Shown one piece after another: positions 59,224 to 64,000 of a stretch of DNA of 64,000 nt; position 1 is the stretch's first letter, and each line of letters opens with the position of its first letter. Made by a program: the position numbers and the translations under genes. This stretch comes from the human T2T-CHM13v2.0 reference genome, Homo sapiens. The notes beneath the pieces are model-generated. The model saw only the letters and a list, made by a program, of their open reading frames with translations, searched no databases and was not told the origin of the DNA. The stretch is from assembly GCF_009914755.1 (NCBI RefSeq), contig NC_060925.1; one strand, written 5' to 3'.

Positions 59224-61614
59224 ATGAAATTGAAATGGATGGACTCATCATCGAATGGATTCGAATGGAATCATCGAATAAAATTGATTGAAATCATCAT
59301 CGAATGGAATCGAATGGTATCATTGAATGGAATCGAATGGAATCATCATCAGATGGAAATGAATGGAATCGTCATAGAATGGAATCGAATGGATTCATTG
59401 AATGGAATCAGATGGAATCATCGAATGGACTGGAATGGAATCATTGAATGGACTCGAAAGGGATCATGATTGAATGGAATTGAATGGAATCATCGAATGG
59501 TCTCGATTGGAATCATTATCAAATGGAATCGAATGGAATCACCGAATAGAATCGAATGGAACAATCATCGAATGGACTCAAATGGAATTATCCTCCAATG
59601 GAATCGAATGGAATTATCGAATGCAATCGAATGGAATTATCGAATACAATCGAATAGAATCATCGAATGGACTCGAATGGAATCATCGAATGGAATGGAA
59701 TGGAACAGTCAATGAACTCGAATGGAATCATCATTGAATGGAATCGAATGGAATCATCGAGTGGAATCGAATGGATTTATGATCAAATGGAATCGAATGT
59801 AATCATCATCAAATGGAATCAAAAATAACCATCATCAATTGGTATTGAATGGAATTGTCATCAAATGGAATTCAAAGGAATCATCATCAAATGGAACCGA
59901 ATGGAATCCTCATTGAATGGAAATGAAAGGGGTCATCATCTAATGGAATCGCATGGAATCATCATCAAATGGAATCGAATGGAATCATCATCAAATGGAA
60001 TCTGATGGAATCATTGAACAGAATTGAATGGAATCGTCATCGAATGAATTGAATGCAATCATCGAATGGTCTCGAATGTAATCACATTCTAATGGAAAGG
60101 AATGGAATCATCGCATAGAATCGAATGGAATTAACATTGAATGGACTCGAATGGAATCAACATCAAAAGGAATCAAGCGGAATTATCGAATGGAATCGAA
60201 GAAAATCATCGAATGGTCTCGAATGGAATCATCTTCTAATGGAAAGGAATGGAATCATCGCATAGAATCGAATGGAATTAACATTGAATGGACTCGAATG
60301 GAATCAACATCAAATGGAATCAAGCGGAATTATCGAATGAAATCGAAGAGAATCATCGAATGGACTCGAATGGAATCATCTAATGGAATGGAATGGAATA
60401 ATCCACGGACTCGAATGCAATCATCATCGTATAGAATCGAATGGAATCATCGAATGGACTCGAATGGAATAATCATTGAACGGAATCGAATGGAATCATC
60501 ATCGGATGGAAACGAATGGAATCATTATCGAATGGAAATGTAAGGAGTCATCATCTAATGGAATTGCATGCAATCATCATAAAATGGAATCGAATGGAAT
60601 CATCATCAAATGGAATCAAATGGAATCATTGAACGGAATTGAATTGAATCGTCATCGAATGAATTGAATGCAATCATCGAATGGTCTCGAATGGAATCAT
60701 CTTCAAATGGAATGGAATGGCATCATCGCATAGAATCGAATGGAATTATCATCGAATGGAATCGAAAGGAATCAACATCAAACGGAAAAAAACGGAATTA
60801 TCGAATGGAATCGAAGAGAATCGTCGAACGGACCCGAATGGAATCATCTAATGGAATGGAATGGAATAATCCATGGACTCGAATGCAATCATCATCGAAT
60901 GGAATCGAATGGAATCATCGAATGGACTCGAATGGAATAATCATTGAACGGAATCGAATGGAATCATCATCAGATGGAAACGAATGGAATCATCATCGAA
61001 TGGAAATGAAAGGAGTCATCATCTAATGGAATTGCATGGAATCATCATAAAATGGAATCGAATGGAATCAACATCAAATGGAATCAAATGGAATCATTGA
61101 ACGGAATTGAATGGAATCGTCATCGAATGAATTGACTGCAATCATCGAATGGTCTCGAATGGAATCATCTTCAAATGGAATGGAATGGAATCATCGCATA
61201 GAATCGAATGGAATTATCATCGAATGGAATCGAATGGAATCAACATCAAACGGAAAAAAACGGAATTATCGTATGGAATCGAAGAGAATCATCGAATGGA
61301 CCCGAATGGAATCATCTAATGGAATGGAATGGAATAATCCATGGACTCGAATGCAATCATCATCGCATGGAATCGAATGGAATCATCGAATGGACTCGAA
61401 TGGAATAATCATTGAACGGAATCGAATGGAATCATCATCGGATGGAAATGAATGGAATCATCATCGAATGGAATCGAATAGAATTATGGAATGAAATCCA
61501 GTGTGATCATCATCGAATGGACCCGAATGGAATCATGATCCAACGGAAGCTAATGGAATCAACATCGAATGAATCGAATGGAAACACCATCGAATTGAAA
61601 CGAATGGAATTATC
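59224..61614 (+). repeat. 2,391-bp expanded unit (1776+147+468; three subrepeats)
   Basis: Seen: anchor spacing 2391, the 147-bp duplication at 60058-60351, and an additional 468-bp subrepeat (AAGGAGTCATC lead-ins near 60542 and 61010). Confidence 0.9.
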
Positions 61615-64000
61615 ATGAAATTGAAATGGATGGACTCATCATCGAATGGATTCGAATGGAATCATCGAATAAAATTGATTGAAATCATCATCCAATGGAA
61701 TCGAATGGTATCATTGAATGGAATCGAATGGGATCATCATCAGATGGAAATGAATGGAATCGTCATAGAATGGAATCGAATGGATTCATTGAATGGAATC
61801 AGATGGAATCATCGAATGGACTGGAATGGAATCATTGAATGGACTCGAAAGGGATCATTATTGAATGGAATTGAATGGAATCATCGAATGGTCTCGATTG
61901 GAATCATTATCAAATGGAATCGAATGGAATCACCGAATAGAATGGAATGGAACAATCATCGAATGGACTCAAATGGAATTATCCTCCAATGGAATCGAAT
62001 GGAATTATCGAATGCAATCGAATGGAATTATCGAATGCAATCGAATAGAATCATCGGATGGACTCGAATGGAATCATCGCATGGAATGGAATGGAACAGT
62101 CAATGAACTCGAATGGAATCATCATTGAATGGAATCGAATGGAATCATCGAGTGGAATCGAATGGAATTATGATCAAATGGAATCGAATGTAATCATCAT
62201 CAAATGGAATCAAAAATAACCATCATCAATTGGTATTGAATGGAATTGTCATCAAATGGAATTCAAAGGAATCATCATCAAATGGAACCGAATGGAATCC
62301 TCATTGAATGGAAATGAAAGGGGTCATCATCTAATGGAATCGCATGGAATCATCATCAAATGGAATCGAATGGAATCATCATCAAATGGAATCTAATGGA
62401 ATCATTGAACAGAATTGAATGGAATCGTCATCGAATGAATTGAATGCAATCATTGAATGGTCTCGAATGGAATCATCTTCTAATGGAAAGGAATGGAATC
62501 ATCGCATAGAATCGAATGGAATTATCGTCGAATGGAATCGAATGGTATCAACACCAAACGGAAAAAAACGGAATTATCGAATGGAATCGAAGAGAATCTT
62601 CGAACGGACCCGAATGGAATCATCTAATGGAATGGAACGGAATAATCCATGGACTCGAATGCAATCATCATCGAATGGAATCGAATGGAATCATCGAATG
62701 GACTCGAATGGAATAATCATTGAACGGAATCGAATGGAATCATCATCGGATGGAAACGAATGGAATCATCATCGAATGGAAATGAAAGGAGTCATCATCT
62801 AATGGAATTGCATGGAATCATCATAAAATGGAATCGAATGGAATCAACATCAAATGGAATCAAATGGAATCATTGAACGGAATTGAATGGAATCGTCATC
62901 GAATGAATTGACTGCAATCATCGAATGATCTAGAATGGAATCATCTTCAAATGGAATGGAATGGAATCATCGCATAGAATCGAATGGAAGTATCATCGAA
63001 TGGAATCGAATGGAATCAACATCAAACGGAAAAAAACGGAATTATCGAATGGAATCGAAGAGAATCATCGAATGGACCCGAATGGAATCATCTAATGGAA
63101 TGGAATGGAATAATCCATGGACTCGAATGCAATCATCATCGAATGGAATCGAATGGAATCATCGAATGGACTCGAATGGAATAATCATTGAACGGAATAG
63201 AATGGAATCATCATCGGATGGAAATGAATGGAATCATCATCGAATGGAATCGAATAGAATTATGGAATGAAATCCAGTGTGATCATCATCGAATGGACCC
63301 GAATGGAATCATCATCCAACGGAAGCTAATGGAATCAACATCGAATGAATCAAATGGAAACACCATCGAATTGAAACGAATGGAATTATCATGAAATTGA
63401 AATGGATGGACTCATCATCGAATGGATTCGAATGGAATCATCGAATAAAATTGATTGAAATCATCATCGAATGGAATCGAATGGTATCATTGAATGGAAT
63501 CGAATGGAATCATCATCAGATGGAAATGAATGGAATCGTCATAGAATGGAATCGAATGGATTCATTGAATGGAATCAGATGGAATCATCGAATGGACTGG
63601 AATGGAATCATTGAATGGACTCGAAAGGGATCATGATTGAATGGAATTGAATGGAATCATCGAATGGTCTCGATTGGAATCATTATCAAATGGAATCGAA
63701 TGGAATCACCGAATAGAATCGAATGGAACAATCATCGAATGGACTCAAATGGAATTATCCTCCAATGGAATGGAATGGAATTATCGAATGCAATCGAATG
63801 GAATTATCGAATGCAATCGAATAGAATCATCGAATGGACTCGAATGGAATCATCGAATGGAATGGAATGGAACAGTCAATGAACTCGAATGGAATCATCA
63901 TTGAATGGAATCGAATGGAATCATCGAGTGGAATCGAATGGAATTATGATCAAATGGAATCGAATGTAATCATCATCAAATGGAATCAAAAATAACCATC

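Larger units (their letters stand above)
1065..63390 (+). repeat. 1,776-bp basic repeat unit (1.77-kb, chromosome 1q12-type HSat2) and its length variants; 37 complete anchor-to-anchor units
   Basis: Seen: the anchor ATGAAATTGAAATGGATGGACTC occurs at 1065, 2841, 4763, 5657, 7433, 9355, 11131, 13053, 13947, 15723, 17645, 18539, 20315, 22091, 24013, 24907, 26683, 28605, 29499, 31275, 33051, 34827, 36603, 37911, 39688, then every 1776 bp to 59224, then 61615 and 63391. Canonical units carry one GAATTC (GGAATTCAAAGG, e.g. 1709). Knowledge: a 1.77-kb EcoRI unit is characteristic of chr1q12 satellite II. Confidence 0.92.
1..64000 (+). repeat. Human satellite II (HSat2/HSATII) pericentromeric tandem array, GAATG-rich strand on +
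   Basis: Seen: every line consists of diverged GAATG pentamers arranged as GAATGGAATCGAATGGAATCATC (23 bp) or ...ATCATC (26 bp). This is the reverse complement of the CATTCGATTC/GATGAT signature that distinguishes HSat2 from HSat3. There is no unique sequence and no strand switch. Confidence 0.98.

Noticed and set aside
7-63904. Hundreds of 63-170 aa plus-strand ORFs rich in MEWNGIIE motifs
   Set aside because: They are the three-frame translation of GAATGGAATC(ATC) repeats. They overlap in all frames, are opened or closed by random SNPs and indels, and show no domain or gene structure.
1-64000. CRISPR-like or retron/RT-associated repeat system
   Set aside because: There are no unique spacers, leader, cas, RT or any other gene. 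The sequence between motifs is itself the same satellite.
1-64000. Mobile element insertions or inversions
   Set aside because: I saw no Alu/L1/ERV-like sequence, poly(A) tail or target-site duplication, and no CATTC-strand segment. All anchor spacings are explained by internal indels.
1-64000. HSat3 / heat-shock (HSF1) satellite or telomeric repeat
   Set aside because: Perfect GGAAT runs are only about three pentamers long, and the dominant ATCATCGAATGG/GGAATCGAATGG monomers are diagnostic for HSat2. There are no TTAGGG arrays.

Overview
The whole 64 kb window is one uninterrupted, single-orientation block of human classical satellite II (HSat2). It is a diverged (GAATG)n/(CATTC)n repeat built from 23- and 26-bp GAATGGAATCGAATGGAATC(ATC)1-2 monomers. 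The monomers are organised into a 1,776-bp unit with one EcoRI site, which matches the known 1.77-kb chromosome 1q12-type HSat2 unit (pUC1.77/D1Z1-like; the chromosome assignment is inferred). I found no genes, RNA genes, mobile elements or CRISPR arrays. All listed ORFs are by-products of the repeat, and I could not support any new protein-coding or enzymatic system. The informative signal is the array architecture. Using a once-per-unit anchor (ATGAAATTGAAATGGATGGACTC, 38 copies), the 37 spacings are 1776 (x23), 1922 (x6), 894 (x5), 1308, 1777 and 2391 bp. All are explained by a few events: +/-468-bp subrepeat, +147-bp duplication, -882-bp deletion and 1-bp indels. The left ~33 kb is a nested higher-order structure (a 4,592-bp trimer, then 8,290-bp and 10,960-bp near-identical tandem duplications whose order can be inferred from SNPs). 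Positions ~33-60 kb are a nearly pure 1,776-bp array with local unit duplications and a conversion tract. The last ~4 kb are more diverged. SNP lists were read by eye and may be incomplete.
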